Positions 63,861-64,000 of a stretch of DNA of 64,000 nucleotides are shown here, in pieces. Within the stretch, counting starts at the first letter, position 1, and each line of letters starts with the position of its first letter. Source of the DNA: Octopus sinensis (lineage: Eukaryota). The stretch covers positions 24,986,001 to 25,050,000 of the forward strand of contig NC_043012.1 of assembly GCF_006345805.1 (NCBI RefSeq). The letters run 5' to 3'. Below the pieces are notes generated by a model. It had not been told where the DNA came from. It made no database searches and worked only from the letters and a program-made list of their open reading frames with translations. The translations under genes were made by a program, and so were the position numbers.

Positions 63861-64000
63861 CCTTAAAATCTTCAACGGCACGTCGATCCGTTCAGGAAAA
63901 ACGCTGCGATTTCGATCTCTGATATGACATGTAAACCAGCTAAGCGGTCTATTAAGCCCAAGGGTTAAAGAAAAATAAAAGCAAAATCTCTCACTCCCTT

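Overview
This is AT-rich, repeat-saturated animal genomic DNA. The SINE families look like those of octopus (a coleoid cephalopod); this rests on recognising the sequences, not on a database search. I see no complete host gene, intact transposase or intact LINE ORF, rRNA, real tRNA gene or CRISPR array, and there is one 100-N assembly gap (15848-15947). The window is a mosaic of (1) microsatellites, which produce nearly all the long ORFs in the track; (2) at least four tRNA-derived SINE families, one with more than 20 copies; (3) 5'-truncated LINEs of the R4/Dong clade sitting in (TAA)n tracts, plus RTE-type LINEs; (4) decayed mariner, hAT, Chapaev-like and Helitron DNA elements; and (5) Penelope-like (PLE) remnants. 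The most interesting signal, which the ORF track does not show, is a set of minimal type I hammerhead ribozyme motifs (CUGANGA...GAAA...NUH with a palindromic stem III) carried by several different non-coding repeat families. One sits in a 597-nt-period tandem element (53185-53978) whose monomer is bounded by the predicted cleavage sites and is heavily self-complementary, the layout of a retrozyme that could produce circular RNA. One orphan 97-aa candidate terminal exon (40376-40669) is the best host-gene candidate. Element boundaries were read by eye and are approximate unless a target-site duplication (TSD) or terminal motif is quoted.
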